A stretch of 64,000 nt of DNA from Blastocatellia bacterium (GCA_963765495.1 CAVXWP010000014.1:1-64000); one strand, 5' to 3'. Numbered from the stretch's first letter, positions 10,912 through 22,940 are shown. Notes: generated from the letters alone by a model not told the origin. Numbers and translations are program-made.

Positions 10912-12105
10912 CTATTTCTTCTTTGCGAGATATGCCTTACCTTGCTGGCGCACTATATCGAGCAGATTGCCCATCGTGAGGTTTACATCGATCAGATGAA
11001 GCCCCCAATCGGCCAGCACCTGTCCATTCACAATCACGTCTCCGACGATGTCGTCGGTGCGGGGGTCTTTCGGGTCGCCGTGCACCGTGACCGCCAGATA
11101 CGAGCCTTTTTCGTTCTGTACGCACTCGGCTGTAAGAAGGCCGGGAACGCTAACGAAAGGCGTGTTGATCGCTTGCGCAGGCGTAACCCAGGGTCTGGGT
11201 TCGGCAGATGCGCCGAGGCTTCGACCGGCCGAGGCGAGGTAGGCGTGCAGTTCTCCGCTTCCGCCGCCGAGCGCCGAGGGATTTGCGCACGCGGCTACCA
11301 TATTACTGCCCTGCACTTTGCCAAATCGGCTGTTGGCCGGCGGCGGCACGTTTGATCGGAATGAGGCGTAAGCGATGACGCAGCCCGTCTGCGACGCCGA
11401 ATGACAAAGCGGCATGTGCTGAAAGGCTCCGCCTACGTCTTTGCCCTGCGGCACGGGAAGGCTCGTTCCAAGCAAAAGCGCAGATATGACGCGTTGCTGT
11501 ACGGGCTTGCCGTCGATCTCGTTGCGTATCAGTTGCGTCAGCACGCCCGACCCTTGCGAGTGGCCGATCAAGACTACGCCCCGGCCCTGATTATCGTGCT
11601 CAAGATAATAATTCCACGCATCGACCACATCGTTATAGGCGAGCGCGCGATCTATCTTCACCGGCTGCCCGCCGATTATAGACCTGAGCGCCGTCAACGT
11701 TATTTGCCGGTATAGCGGCGCGAATGTGCGGCACTCTGAGCCGAAACGGGCAAACTGCGCGCGGATTACTCCAAGCTCTTCCGGCCCCGCGTCCATGTCG
11801 GAGTTTGGAGTCTGATCTCCCGATACGGTCGGATAAACATAAAAGCAGTCAATCGGCGCTTTCGGATTCGCCGCCCACTTCTCAACCGTAAGTTTTCCGT
11901 TTGCCGCGACTACGGTGGTCGTCAGGTCAACCGCGCAGGCGTCGTTACGACCCGGGCGGCACAGCCACGTCTCTGCTTTGCCGTAATCGTTTTTTGGTTG
12001 TGCGGCAGGCGCGGGCGCGGATTCGGATTGTGATTGCGCCAGCCCCTTTTCGCCCGCAATCAGACATATGGCTAAGGCCAGAATAAGGATATATGGTTTC
12101 AACAT
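10912..12105 (-). CDS. Secreted DUF3089-type alpha/beta hydrolase (esterase/lysophospholipase-like)
   Basis: Signal peptide, WLCRPG, DCFYVYPTVS, FAPLYRQ, GHSQG nucleophile motif and WGLHLID. Confidence 0.8.
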   Translation of the reverse strand: MLKPYILILALAICLIAGEKGLAQSQSESAPAPAAQPKNDYGKAETWLCRPGRNDACAVDLTTTVVAANGKLTVEKWAANPKAPIDCFYVYPTVSGDQTPNSDMDAGPEELGVIRAQFARFGSECRTFAPLYRQITLTALRSIIGGQPVKIDRALAYNDVVDAWNYYLEHDNQGRGVVLIGHSQGSGVLTQLIRNEIDGKPVQQRVISALLLGTSLPVPQGKDVGGAFQHMPLCHSASQTGCVIAYASFRSNVPPPANSRFGKVQGSNMVAACANPSALGGGSGELHAYLASAGRSLGASAEPRPWVTPAQAINTPFVSVPGLLTAECVQNEKGSYLAVTVHGDPKDPRTDDIVGDVIVNGQVLADWGLHLIDVNLTMGNLLDIVRQQGKAYLAKKK

Positions 12106-12193
12106 GCTTCCCCCTTCAAGCTCTTGTGGATTGATTAGACTATGCTGAGTCGCGCACGCATCCTACCATACCCGGCTTGCCTTTTCCACTTCG

Positions 12194-12211
12194 ACTTACC
12201 GCTCGGTCAGT
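12194..12211. promoter_or_regulatory. TetR-like palindromic operator candidate
   Basis: ACTTACCG-CT-CGGTCAGT, with a related copy at 17393-17408. Confidence 0.5.
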
Positions 12212-12218
12212 TTTTCTC

Positions 12219-12247
12219 TTGACAGGCAAATAACAGGGGAATATAGT
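12219..12247 (+). promoter_or_regulatory. Sigma70-type promoter of the TonB-dependent receptor
   Basis: TTGACA-17 bp-TATAGT. Confidence 0.7.
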
Positions 12248-12444
12248 AGCGCCCGCTAAGCCTCCGCGAGGACTTGGCGCTCCAGGCAGTAGTAAGTCGC
12301 GGTCGGTTGTAAGAATTCAGCCAGACACTGATCTCACCAAAAGATAATACAAGCTTCGGTCATATCAGATGATCCTGGCTACGCTACCGACATTCGCTCA
12401 TCACGATACCGGTTCATTTCTCAACACACCGATATGGAGGGCTT

Positions 12445-15400
12445 ATGTTTCGACTTCCTCTTCTTTTCGCGCTGCTCTTCACGCTTTCGACATCATTGAT
12501 TGCGCAGGTTCCAACCGGAACGATAGCGGGAACCGTAACCGATCAGACGGATGCCGTGGTCACAGGCGCTACGGTTACGGTGACAAACAAAAACACAGGA
12601 GCTAAACGTATCGTCGGCACGGGCAATGATGGAATCTATTCCGTTCAGTCGCTTCCGGCCGGAGAGTATGAGATACGCATAGAGGCAACAGGATTTGCGG
12701 CCAGCATTACTTCTGCGGAAGTGGCTACGGGCATTACGACGACCGTCAACATTTCGCTGCGTGTAGGGACCACGGCAGAAATCGTTGACGTACAGAGCGC
12801 CGCCTCAAATATCGATCTCGAATCGAATACTGTTCAAGGCGTCGTGACGCGGCAAAAGATCGAAAACCTCCCGTTGAACGGGCGCAATTTTTTGAACCTG
12901 GCTCAACTCGAACCGGGTGTGCTCGTGACCCCGGCCAACCCCGCGCAGTTCAACGCGCAATTCAGCGTTTCGGTCTTGGGGGGGCCCGCATCGCACACCG
13001 CCATCACAGTTGACGGGGGGAATATTCGCAACCCCGTAGAAGGCGGCACCGGCCAGAATCTTTCTCAGGAAGTGGTTCAGGAATTCCAGCTTTCAAGCAC
13101 GAATTTCGACCTTTCAACGGGCATCACGGCCTATGGTTCGATCAATGTTGTGACGCGCTCGGGCAGCAACGATTTCCACGGCGCGGGATACTTTTACTAT
13201 CGCGATCACAACATGTCGGCCTATCCCAGCCTGAAACGAAACTCTCTGACAGACGAACCGTTCTTTGCGCGGCGGCAGGGTGGTTTCTGGTTTGGCGGCC
13301 CCGTCAAGAAAGACAAGGCGTTCTTCTTTTTCAATTTTGAGAACACCAATCAGGCCGGTGTTTACATAGTGCAGCCGGATCTTCCTTCGGTCGCGGAATT
13401 CGGCACGCTCTCGTCAGCGCCTTATCATGGCAAGCAGATAAGCGGACGGGTTGATTACCGCTTCAATGCGAAGCATTCGCTGTTTGTGCGTTATTCGCAC
13501 GACGGAAACAACAACAGCGGCCCGTTTGGAGTCCCGGTTCCGCCTTCGAATTTTGTATCGAACAAAAACTGGTCGGATCAAAGCCTGCTGGGTGTTACAA
13601 GCCTCTTGAGTCCAAACGTCGTAAATGATTTGCGGTTCTCGTACTTTTACTGGCAGAACCGCAACATCCCGACTCCGTGCAGTGGCGATCCGAATGGGAA
13701 CTGCATAGGCGCGGGAGGACCGGAGGTTTTCTATCTCAATTCGGTCAATTTCTTTCTTGGGAACAACTTCAACTCTCCGCAGGGTCGCGACCTGCGCCGC
13801 TTCCCGCTCTCGGATAATGTGAGCTGGCAAAAGGGCAGCCATCGCATCAAATTTGGCGGCGAGTGGGAGCACTTCGACGGGACAGGGTACTGGGGCTTCT
13901 TCGACCCGGCCAGAGTTTATCTGCTTTCGCCGGAATTTCTCTCCTCCATCAATCCGATCCTGCCGATTCTGTTTGGCCTACCTGACGGCAAGATTCACTC
14001 CGCTGACGACCTCAAAAAACTGCCGGTGGTCGCCTTCCTGCTGGGGATAGGGGACCGCGCGCAGCCGTCATTCAGGCTCGATGAGGCCAGAGGCAACGAC
14101 CGCTTCCACCTCTATGTTCAGGATACGTGGAAGGTCACTCCGAGCCTGACATTGAATTATGGAGTGGGATGGGAACACGAGACGAACGTTCTCAACTTTG
14201 ATCTTGCGAAGCCCTCCTATATCACGCCGCTTTACGGCAGCGACCTCAGACCTCCGAAGAAGGAGTACAAGAATTTTGAACCGGCTGTGGGTTTTGCCTG
14301 GTCTGTCGGCAAGGATAACAAAACGGTTATTCGCGGCGGCGCGGGCATATTTTACGATACGCAACTCGGGTGGTGGCGACTCGGAGAGCGCGCCGTGATC
14401 GGTGGCTCCGGCAGGCAATTTATCGGCAACGCCGCCATCACAAATCCGGCAACCGGACTGCCTTTCTCAACCGCCTTTCTCAACTCGCTCCGTTACAACT
14501 ACGGCCAGTTCCTGGCAGACCTTCCCACGCTCCGCGCCCAGCAGGAAGCCAAATTTCCGGGCACGGGAACAGAGCCGCAGATACTGCTTTCCAAACAGGC
14601 CAATGCCCTCGGCGCGATCTACCCGCGCGACTTCCCTACGACTCAGGCTCAGCATTTCAACATAGGTGTTCAGCGTGAGTTAAGAGACGATCTCGTGCTT
14701 CAGGCAGACTTTGTATATCGCCACGCGATACACGGAACGCCTGGAGGTTTCTTCGGAGCCAGTGTTGACTTTAATCGCTTCAATTCGATTGGAGGGCCTG
14801 TGATTCCGATCTGCGCGAGCTTTGCTCAGGCAAACGATCCGACGGCCGAGTGCTCTTCGGGACCGATCAATTTCTGGTGGCCGGGCGCGACATCAAAATA
14901 CAAGGCGCTGTTGCTCAAGGCAGACAAGCGATTTTCAAACCGCTATCTGTTCACCGCTTCCTATGCCTATCAGGACAGCAAGAGCATACTCGATGTCACG
15001 CAGAATCTGAACGACTACTTCGCTACATACGGGCCGGACCTTCCGAGGCATAACCTGAATATTTCAGGCATAGTCGATCTGCCGTGGGATTTCCAGGTCT
15101 CGGTGCTTTCCTCCTATATCAGCCATTCCCCGGTCAATCCCGTAATCAGCGGGTTTGATGCTACGGGAACAAACGCCGTGGGTGGCGGCGGCTACACACC
15201 GCTTCCCGGACACGGATTCAGCGGATTTCTGAGCAAGACCGAGCTTCGAAAGCTGGTAGATCAATACAACTCGACGCTTGCCGGGACATTGACTCCAGCG
15301 GGTGAGGCGGGGCTGATCGCAAATCAGAGATTCCCCGTCATTACATTGCCGAAGGATTTCGAGCTAGGCGATATCTTCTCTTCGCAGGATGTTCGCGTCA

Positions 15401-15603
15401 CAAAGACGTTCAGACTGCACGAGCAGGTTAACCTTCGCATCATCGGCGAAGTCTTCAATATATTCAATGTCAGCAACCTGACGGGGTTTAGCTACAACCT
15501 TGCAAGCCCCGGTTCATTTGGTAAACCTACGCAGCGCGTTGGTCAGACTTTTGGTTCGGGCGGGCCTCGCGCATTTCAGGTTGGTGCGCGCATTTCCTTC
15601 TGA
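12445..15603 (+). CDS. TonB-dependent receptor with N-terminal carboxypeptidase regulatory-like domain (Oar-like, acidobacterial type)
   Basis: Signal peptide, GTIAGTVTD..GA.VTV, LPLNGRNF, TRSGSNDFHG, YVQDTWKV, and C-terminal PRAFQVGARISF ending in Phe. Confidence 0.92.
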   Translation: MFRLPLLFALLFTLSTSLIAQVPTGTIAGTVTDQTDAVVTGATVTVTNKNTGAKRIVGTGNDGIYSVQSLPAGEYEIRIEATGFAASITSAEVATGITTTVNISLRVGTTAEIVDVQSAASNIDLESNTVQGVVTRQKIENLPLNGRNFLNLAQLEPGVLVTPANPAQFNAQFSVSVLGGPASHTAITVDGGNIRNPVEGGTGQNLSQEVVQEFQLSSTNFDLSTGITAYGSINVVTRSGSNDFHGAGYFYYRDHNMSAYPSLKRNSLTDEPFFARRQGGFWFGGPVKKDKAFFFFNFENTNQAGVYIVQPDLPSVAEFGTLSSAPYHGKQISGRVDYRFNAKHSLFVRYSHDGNNNSGPFGVPVPPSNFVSNKNWSDQSLLGVTSLLSPNVVNDLRFSYFYWQNRNIPTPCSGDPNGNCIGAGGPEVFYLNSVNFFLGNNFNSPQGRDLRRFPLSDNVSWQKGSHRIKFGGEWEHFDGTGYWGFFDPARVYLLSPEFLSSINPILPILFGLPDGKIHSADDLKKLPVVAFLLGIGDRAQPSFRLDEARGNDRFHLYVQDTWKVTPSLTLNYGVGWEHETNVLNFDLAKPSYITPLYGSDLRPPKKEYKNFEPAVGFAWSVGKDNKTVIRGGAGIFYDTQLGWWRLGERAVIGGSGRQFIGNAAITNPATGLPFSTAFLNSLRYNYGQFLADLPTLRAQQEAKFPGTGTEPQILLSKQANALGAIYPRDFPTTQAQHFNIGVQRELRDDLVLQADFVYRHAIHGTPGGFFGASVDFNRFNSIGGPVIPICASFAQANDPTAECSSGPINFWWPGATSKYKALLLKADKRFSNRYLFTASYAYQDSKSILDVTQNLNDYFATYGPDLPRHNLNISGIVDLPWDFQVSVLSSYISHSPVNPVISGFDATGTNAVGGGGYTPLPGHGFSGFLSKTELRKLVDQYNSTLAGTLTPAGEAGLIANQRFPVITLPKDFELGDIFSSQDVRVTKTFRLHEQVNLRIIGEVFNIFNVSNLTGFSYNLASPGSFGKPTQRVGQTFGSGGPRAFQVGARISF

Positions 15604-15626
15604 GTGAGCGGACATTGTTTCGCTAA

Positions 15627-15672
15627 GAGCCATTCGCCGGATTCAGGTCCGGCGAATGGCTCAATTTTTTTT
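15627..15672 (+). terminator. Rho-independent terminator
   Basis: 15 bp perfect stem GAGCCATTCGCCGGA/TCCGGCGAATGGCTC followed by AA and T8, between convergent genes. Confidence 0.85.
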
Positions 15673-15695
15673 CGATCCGTTGTCTCAGCAGATCA

Positions 15696-17300
15696 TCATC
15701 GTTTTTGAGCTTGCTCGACAAAATCAAGCTGATCTTTGAGCAAATGATTGCGCAACTGAACCGTGTCGCCCATATCCAAGTAAGGCTCCGACTTCTGGTT
15801 GTAAGGCGTCCACTTTGGCAATCCTTTGCCGTTGGGATCGCCGGTCGTCGCAAAATTCACCCAGTAGCTCGACATCATATCGGCCAGTCTGGAATCGGTT
15901 TCCGTATAGGCGGGATTTGATCGCTTATTGAGGTTGTTGAAGACGTAGATGATTTCTCCGGCGTGGTATGCGCCCAGATATTTGCTGTTTGGATTCGGCG
16001 GAACATGAGTGAAGAAATAGAGATAAGCCTTGCTTCGCCCGGTGGCGGTCATTCGCGCCCACGTCCGCATAGGCAATGTGAAGGTCACATCGCGCAGGCT
16101 GTTAAGATAAGCGGCTGCAATATCGGCCTCGCTCTTTACGGGGTAGAAGACATCAAACTCTCTGCTCGCTTCGCCGTATTGTGACTGCACACGCTTGCCG
16201 TACTCTTCCATGGTCCTGGGGATTGAGGCGGGGAAGGTGAGCGAAGTCATTTCGTTGGCGTTTGAGCCTACGATCACAGGAACGCGGTTTTGTTTGCCCT
16301 GAGCGAATATGTTGCGAATCTCGTCGGGCAACACCCATCCATCCACGTTTGGCGAGGTGCGAAATTTTTTCCCTTCCGCATCATTGTTGAATGCCTCGAC
16401 GATCTTTTCGGCCGATATCTCGCGCATCGCTTTGAGCGAGTCCGCGCCAAGAGCTTTGCCGAAAGCTACGCCGATCTTTTCGGCCGAGGGTATCTTATCT
16501 CGATCTTCCTTCAGATGAATCATAGGCCCGAACCAAGCACCGCTCTCGCCCATGGCGCGGTGAAACAACCCCTTTGCAAGCGGGGAGGCGATGAGCGCGT
16601 TGACGCTCCAAGAACCTGCGGATTCGCCGAAAATAGTTACGCGACGCGGGTCGCCGCCAAAGGCCGAGATGTTTTTCTGCACCCATTTCAAGGCCGCGAT
16701 CTGATCAAGCATCCCATAATTGCCCGATGAATGATCGGGCGATTCGGCGGTCAATTCCGGGTGAGCGAGATAGCCGAACGGGCCGAGGCGGTAATTGATC
16801 GTCACAAGGACAACCCCTTTTTTTGCCAGCGCCGCCCCGTCATAGACGCTATTTGCGCCCGATCCGCGAGTCAGCGCGCCTCCGTGAATCCATACCATTA
16901 CGGGGCGTTTTTCGCCTGCTCCGGCGGCGGTCCAGACGTTCAGGTAGAGGCAATCCTCGCTCTGTTTTTGCGGCGGGGAATAGTATAACGAGGCTTGAGG
17001 ATAAGGCGCTTGCGGACATTCCGGCCCGAAGGCGTTGCACTCGCGAACGCCCTCCCACCCGACTACGGGTTGAGGGGCCTTCCATCGCAAGTCGCCTGTG
17101 GGAGGGGCGGCAAAGGGAATGCCTTTGTAACTGCGAACGCCGTCTGAGGTTGTGCCGGAGATCAATCCGCCTTCTACGCGAACCTGATCGTTAACCGGGA
17201 AAGCCCTGGCGGAAAAAGTGAGACCCGCGCCTGTCAGGGCAAAGGCGATGACAAGCAATGTCAGTTTGCCGGATGTTGAGAAAATATTTCTTCGCGTCAT
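15696..17300 (-). CDS. Type-B carboxylesterase (para-nitrobenzyl esterase-like), secreted
   Basis: GIPFAAPP.GDLRW, SEDCLYLNVW, WIHGG, FGESAG and AYHAGEI. Confidence 0.92.
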   Translation of the reverse strand: MTRRNIFSTSGKLTLLVIAFALTGAGLTFSARAFPVNDQVRVEGGLISGTTSDGVRSYKGIPFAAPPTGDLRWKAPQPVVGWEGVRECNAFGPECPQAPYPQASLYYSPPQKQSEDCLYLNVWTAAGAGEKRPVMVWIHGGALTRGSGANSVYDGAALAKKGVVLVTINYRLGPFGYLAHPELTAESPDHSSGNYGMLDQIAALKWVQKNISAFGGDPRRVTIFGESAGSWSVNALIASPLAKGLFHRAMGESGAWFGPMIHLKEDRDKIPSAEKIGVAFGKALGADSLKAMREISAEKIVEAFNNDAEGKKFRTSPNVDGWVLPDEIRNIFAQGKQNRVPVIVGSNANEMTSLTFPASIPRTMEEYGKRVQSQYGEASREFDVFYPVKSEADIAAAYLNSLRDVTFTLPMRTWARMTATGRSKAYLYFFTHVPPNPNSKYLGAYHAGEIIYVFNNLNKRSNPAYTETDSRLADMMSSYWVNFATTGDPNGKGLPKWTPYNQKSEPYLDMGDTVQLRNHLLKDQLDFVEQAQKR

Positions 17301-17392
17301 TTCATTCCACCTCTCTTTATTCAAATACCCTCAGGAACGCATGCTCATTTCCGCGTAATTGAGCAGCCCGTATGGCCGCCCGGTTGGCTGCC

Positions 17393-17435
17393 CCTACCGG
17401 ACGGTAAGCTTATGACCGAATCTCGTTGCTGTCAA
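17393..17435 (-). promoter_or_regulatory. Sigma70-type promoter with overlapping palindromic operator
   Basis: Minus strand TTGACA (17435-17430), 17 bp, TAAGCT. CTTACCG-TC-CGGTAGG overlaps the -10/start region. Confidence 0.6.
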
Positions 17436-17505
17436 ATAGGCAGGCTGTTCAGTAGAGCGATTGCCCCGCTGAAGACATAGAAATCACCGACGCTTGATGT
17501 GAAAG

Positions 17506-17574
17506 CTTAGCGTATTTTGCGTCCTGGCGGGAATCTGTTACTCGCAAAGACACAAAGACGCAAAGTACGCTGAG
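17506..17574. repeat. Imperfect inverted repeat built from CGCAAAG-like units
   Basis: cttagcgtattttgcgtcc ... cgcaaagacacaaagacgcaaagtacgctgag. Confidence 0.6.
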
Positions 17575-17636
17575 AATTTCCTGAAAAATGAATGGCCCCG
17601 GGCTCGGGCGCAAAGGTGTCGAGCGGCACGGCCCAA

Positions 17637-18209
17637 TCAATCGTGGCATCCTTGAGCGAGCAATTGCGGGATCTTAACGTCACCGGAAACGGGCGTCACA
17701 TTTGCTTTGTAGATGTGCCAGACATCTTCTTTCGGAATGTCGGGCGGATGCAGATTCGATTTCCGCATTGTGTAGCAGCCGGAAAACATCTGCTCGCCTC
17801 CATCATTATGGTGAGCAACCAGCACGACAGGCACCTCGACATAAAGACTCCCTGCCGCACCCTCTATCGAGACAGGCGGCTCGACGATCAACTGCACGCT
17901 CGCCGTATCGGCATAGCCGCGCGCGAACTCTTCATAATCGCCGGGCGGTGTTCCCCAATAGCCATAGGCGCGCCTGTACTCCCGTCGATTCACCGCGTTG
18001 AAATAAGAGGCGAGCACATCGACGGGGCTGTTGAAATTTTCGTAACTCTGCTCTGAGGATTTGGATGAAGATGCTTTGGAAAAGCCCGGCACGCTCTTTT
18101 CATCCGGTGATGCGGCGGCGGGCGCTCCTGTGGATGTCTCTTTTACGGCAGGGTCACACATTGAGATCAAAAGAGCGATTGCCGCTGATAGCAATATTGC
18201 ACGTGTCAT
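17637..18209 (-). CDS. Hypothetical lipoprotein-like protein
   Basis: Hydrophobic signal ending LISMC, a low-complexity linker, then a globular domain (YFNAVNRREYRRAYGYW, EGAAGSLY). Confidence 0.65.
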   Translation of the reverse strand: MTRAILLSAAIALLISMCDPAVKETSTGAPAAASPDEKSVPGFSKASSSKSSEQSYENFNSPVDVLASYFNAVNRREYRRAYGYWGTPPGDYEEFARGYADTASVQLIVEPPVSIEGAAGSLYVEVPVVLVAHHNDGGEQMFSGCYTMRKSNLHPPDIPKEDVWHIYKANVTPVSGDVKIPQLLAQGCHD

Positions 18210-18214
18210 AAATT

Positions 18215-18631
18215 TTACCTCTCTGATTTTCTGATCAGTCCGATTCCGAGCAGGATCAAGCCTATCGCCAGAATGACAGCGCCTGCATATGCCAGATAGA
18301 TGAAACCGTTCGGTTCGGTGGCATCAGGCTTCAATACCGAAAGAAAGAATGCAGCCGGGAGAAAAATCGCCGACATCGGTATTGAAGAACGAACGACAGC
18401 CTTCAACTTTTCAGGCAGGTTCGCTTCATCAACATAACGCAATGCCACAAGCGATAATACGAGCAACACCCCGGCGTGCGCGTGGCCTGCTCGCCACAAG
18501 TCCTGGCGAAGTTCGTTCTGGCTGTAACGCGGGTCGCTGATGAGCAGAGAGAGAAGTGTGACTCCTCCATAGATGACCGTTGGCAGGATAACTAACAAAA
18601 TACCGGCAAGGCGTCGGGATGCGTGACTCAT
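18215..18631 (-). CDS. Small 4-TM membrane protein with a GHAHAG motif
   Basis: Four hydrophobic segments, AAGGAG RBS and WRAGHAHAGVLL. Confidence 0.7.
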   Translation of the reverse strand: MSHASRRLAGILLVILPTVIYGGVTLLSLLISDPRYSQNELRQDLWRAGHAHAGVLLVLSLVALRYVDEANLPEKLKAVVRSSIPMSAIFLPAAFFLSVLKPDATEPNGFIYLAYAGAVILAIGLILLGIGLIRKSER

Positions 18632-18835
18632 GGCTTGCTCCTTTCTTGTTTCAAGCATCCACTCTTAAGTTTACACACAACTGAATGAATTTGCGCAGCG
18701 AGACCCACCCGCAAGACCGACAGGCGCGCCAGGGTTTTCATTGAGCGATCAATGCTTTCCCGGTATCCCGGCAGGCCGATTTGAACGCTAAAAGGCTCTG
18801 GCCAAGAGGTTGAATGCTTACGCCTTAAAAAAAGA

Positions 18836-18863
18836 TGTAACAGAAATCGGGTCGCTTACGTCT
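18836..18863 (+). promoter_or_regulatory. Candidate ECF-sigma promoter
   Basis: TGTAAC-17 bp-CGTCT, ~120 bp upstream of the amidohydrolase. Confidence 0.4.
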
Positions 18864-18983
18864 CTCAAAATGGGGCAGTTTTTCGGCCCTGCAAACATTA
18901 ACCCTCATCTTTGTAATTGAGCACAGTACAGTCGAAACAACGGCGCTCACAAGACAGACTTTTTACCGGAGGATTCGTCAGCT

Positions 18984-20504
<1,521 letters not shown>

Positions 20505-20612
20505 TTCACGCCGATCAAAGATCGGTATACAATTGCGAGCGGTAGCAGGCGGATAATCTGTTGTTCGCCATTTGCCTGATGCCGCTCGCATTTCTGATTG
20601 GAGGATGACTGT

Positions 20613-21566
20613 ATGCCAGTACCCGGATGGCTTCGACTTTCTTTCATCGTCTCTCTTCTTTTCTCTTCTGTGGTATGCGCACGTGGCTTTAATGAGCAGG
20701 AAGCAAAGCCCGCGCCCCCGCCCGCGCTCGAAATGCCGGAGGCGCATTTTCATCACCTTCACCTGAACACGCTCGACCCTTCTGCTGCGATTGATTTTTA
20801 TACGAGCAAATTCGACTGCGAACGGGCGAAGTTCGCAGGGCTTCTTGACGGCGTGTGGGCGCAAAAATCGTGGCTGCTTTTCACCAAAGTGAATCAGCCG
20901 CCCGTGTGGGACCTGACATCGGCCGTCTGGCATTTCGGCTGGGGCGCGGAGGATATGAAGGCGACTTACGCAAAACAACTGGCGATGGGCACAAAGTTTT
21001 TCACCCCGCTCTCCGACATCAGCGACATAGGCGGGAACACGGGCGCGAAAGACCTTTTTTACTACGCTTATGTGCAAAGTCCCGATAATGCTCTGATCGA
21101 ACTGAACACGGCAAGCCATCATCACTTCGGCCATCTGCATCTGTTCAGCGCCGACCCGGTTGCGGCGGGCGAATGGTACATGAAATACTTCAGCGCCAAA
21201 CGTCGCTCCACGCGCCCGCTTTCGCGCGAGCCCCGATTTTATCGCGGCTACCAGATCGGCCCGAGCGTTTCGCTCGTGAGCGACAATGTCAACATAATCA
21301 TTTATCCGGTCGAGTATGCGAAGAAAGCTTACGGCGATCAATGGAAAGGCAGGACCGAGCTTGAGTCTACAAAAGGCCACGTAGTCGATCACATCGGGTT
21401 TAGCTTCGACAATCTGGAAGTGGCGCTTGAAAAGCTGCGTAAAGACGGCGTGAAGGTGACAGACGAGATACGCTCGGTCGCAAACGGCAAGATCAAATTC
21501 GCCTTTATCGAAGGGCCGGATAAGATTCGTATCGAAGTGATCGAAGGACACGCGAGCAAAGACTAG
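20613..21566 (+). CDS. Secreted tandem-domain VOC/glyoxalase-family protein
   Basis: Signal peptide, FHHLHL, WHFGW, FGHLHL, DHIGF and FIEGPDKIRIE. GGAGG RBS. Confidence 0.8.
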   Translation: MPVPGWLRLSFIVSLLFSSVVCARGFNEQEAKPAPPPALEMPEAHFHHLHLNTLDPSAAIDFYTSKFDCERAKFAGLLDGVWAQKSWLLFTKVNQPPVWDLTSAVWHFGWGAEDMKATYAKQLAMGTKFFTPLSDISDIGGNTGAKDLFYYAYVQSPDNALIELNTASHHHFGHLHLFSADPVAAGEWYMKYFSAKRRSTRPLSREPRFYRGYQIGPSVSLVSDNVNIIIYPVEYAKKAYGDQWKGRTELESTKGHVVDHIGFSFDNLEVALEKLRKDGVKVTDEIRSVANGKIKFAFIEGPDKIRIEVIEGHASKD

Positions 21567-21578
21567 CCCGACCGAACA

Positions 21579-22940
21579 ATGCTGAAGAATATAGCCCTGT
21601 TAGCCTTCATGATTTTCGCTCTCTTCGCCTTCGCGGGCGGGCGGAGCAGGTCTGCGCTCTGCCAGGTATCCGTACGGCCCGAAGGCACGGCCGTAGCGCG
21701 TCTGGGCGAGCGGCTATTCAGGGATGAGCGGTTTTCAACTCCTGACGGAGACCTGCCCGCGAGTTGCAGCCACTGCCATCTGTTTGACGAGGACCCGCAG
21801 GGCCTGCGCGCCTACGCGGATTTCTTTAATCGAAGCTGGGTGTCATCGAGGATGCAGGATCAGCGCCGGCTGGGAATCAGGAACGCGCCTACGATTTTAG
21901 ACGCAGGCGAGATGCCGCGATTGCATTACGATGGCGAATTCGCTTCGATAGAAGAGCTGGTCAAAGGCACTCTGTCGGGACGCGTGCTGGGATGGCTGCC
22001 GGGCGAAGAAGCGCAGGCATTCGAACAGGCACGAGCGGTTGTGTTGGAGGATAAAGGCGAAGGCGAGGCATCAACAGGCGCTTATCGCGATCAGTTCAAA
22101 ACGGCCTTTGGCGTCGATCTGGAAAAACTCAGCCGGGATGAGACGGTTGATTTAATAGCCAGGGCCGTAGCCGAATACTGCCGTACGCTCAAGACGCGCC
22201 GGGATTCCGCCTACGACAAATTCATCGAGTTGAACGGGCTTGACGCCGCGCCTGCCCGAGAAGAAAGCGGCAGGGATTTCGCGATACGGATGCTTGCCGC
22301 GATCGACTCGCTTGAAACGAAAGGCGCGCTCAAACTCACGAAAGATTTCAAGGCGGATGCGCTCGATGGTTTGAAGTTATTTTTCGACGCGAAAAAAGGC
22401 AATTGCGCGGCCTGTCACACGCCGCCGCTGTTTACGGATCATTCATTTCACAACATAGGCATAAGCCAGCGCGAATATGATCGCTTTCACGGCGAAGGCC
22501 AGTTCGCCAGACTGGAGATTCCAGATGCTCGAAACGCTCGCCGCCCGTCGCCCCGGTTTCGAGAAGCGCCCGCGAGAGCAAAACCGGGACTGGTTGATCT
22601 TGGCTTCTGGAACTTCGTTGATTTGAAAGCGTCTGCGCTGCGCCGTGAGGGCGAAAGCGACGACCATTTTTTACAAAGAATGATCGCCGCCTTTAAAACG
22701 CCTACGCTGCGAAATCTGAAATACACCGGGCCTTACTTTCACGACGGGTCTACGTCTACGCTGGAAGAAGTATTGAGCGAGATGATTCGGTTGAGCGAGA
22801 TGGCTCGCGCAGGTCACTTGCGTCAGGCTGATGAAGAGTTGATGAATATAAATATCGCCGATTCTGATATCAAATCGCTCACGGCATTTTTGAATTCGCT
22901 GAATGAAGAGTTGAAGAATCCGGCTTACAGCAAGCGATAG
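21579..22940 (+). CDS. Diheme cytochrome c peroxidase/MauG-family protein
   Basis: CSHCH and CAACH heme motifs, [14 protein letters not shown] and GPYFHDG, with a signal peptide. Confidence 0.88.
   Translation: MLKNIALLAFMIFALFAFAGGRSRSALCQVSVRPEGTAVARLGERLFRDERFSTPDGDLPASCSHCHLFDEDPQGLRAYADFFNRSWVSSRMQDQRRLGIRNAPTILDAGEMPRLHYDGEFASIEELVKGTLSGRVLGWLPGEEAQAFEQARAVVLEDKGEGEASTGAYRDQFKTAFGVDLEKLSRDETVDLIARAVAEYCRTLKTRRDSAYDKFIELNGLDAAPAREESGRDFAIRMLAAIDSLETKGALKLTKDFKADALDGLKLFFDAKKGNCAACHTPPLFTDHSFHNIGISQREYDRFHGEGQFARLEIPDARNARRPSPRFREAPARAKPGLVDLGFWNFVDLKASALRREGESDDHFLQRMIAAFKTPTLRNLKYTGPYFHDGSTSTLEEVLSEMIRLSEMARAGHLRQADEELMNINIADSDIKSLTAFLNSLNEELKNPAYSKR

Noticed and set aside
12250-12444. 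Cobalamin or TPP riboswitch in the ~190 nt leader of the TonB-dependent receptor
   Set aside because: No B12-box or TPP core motif was recognised by eye; an Rfam scan would settle it
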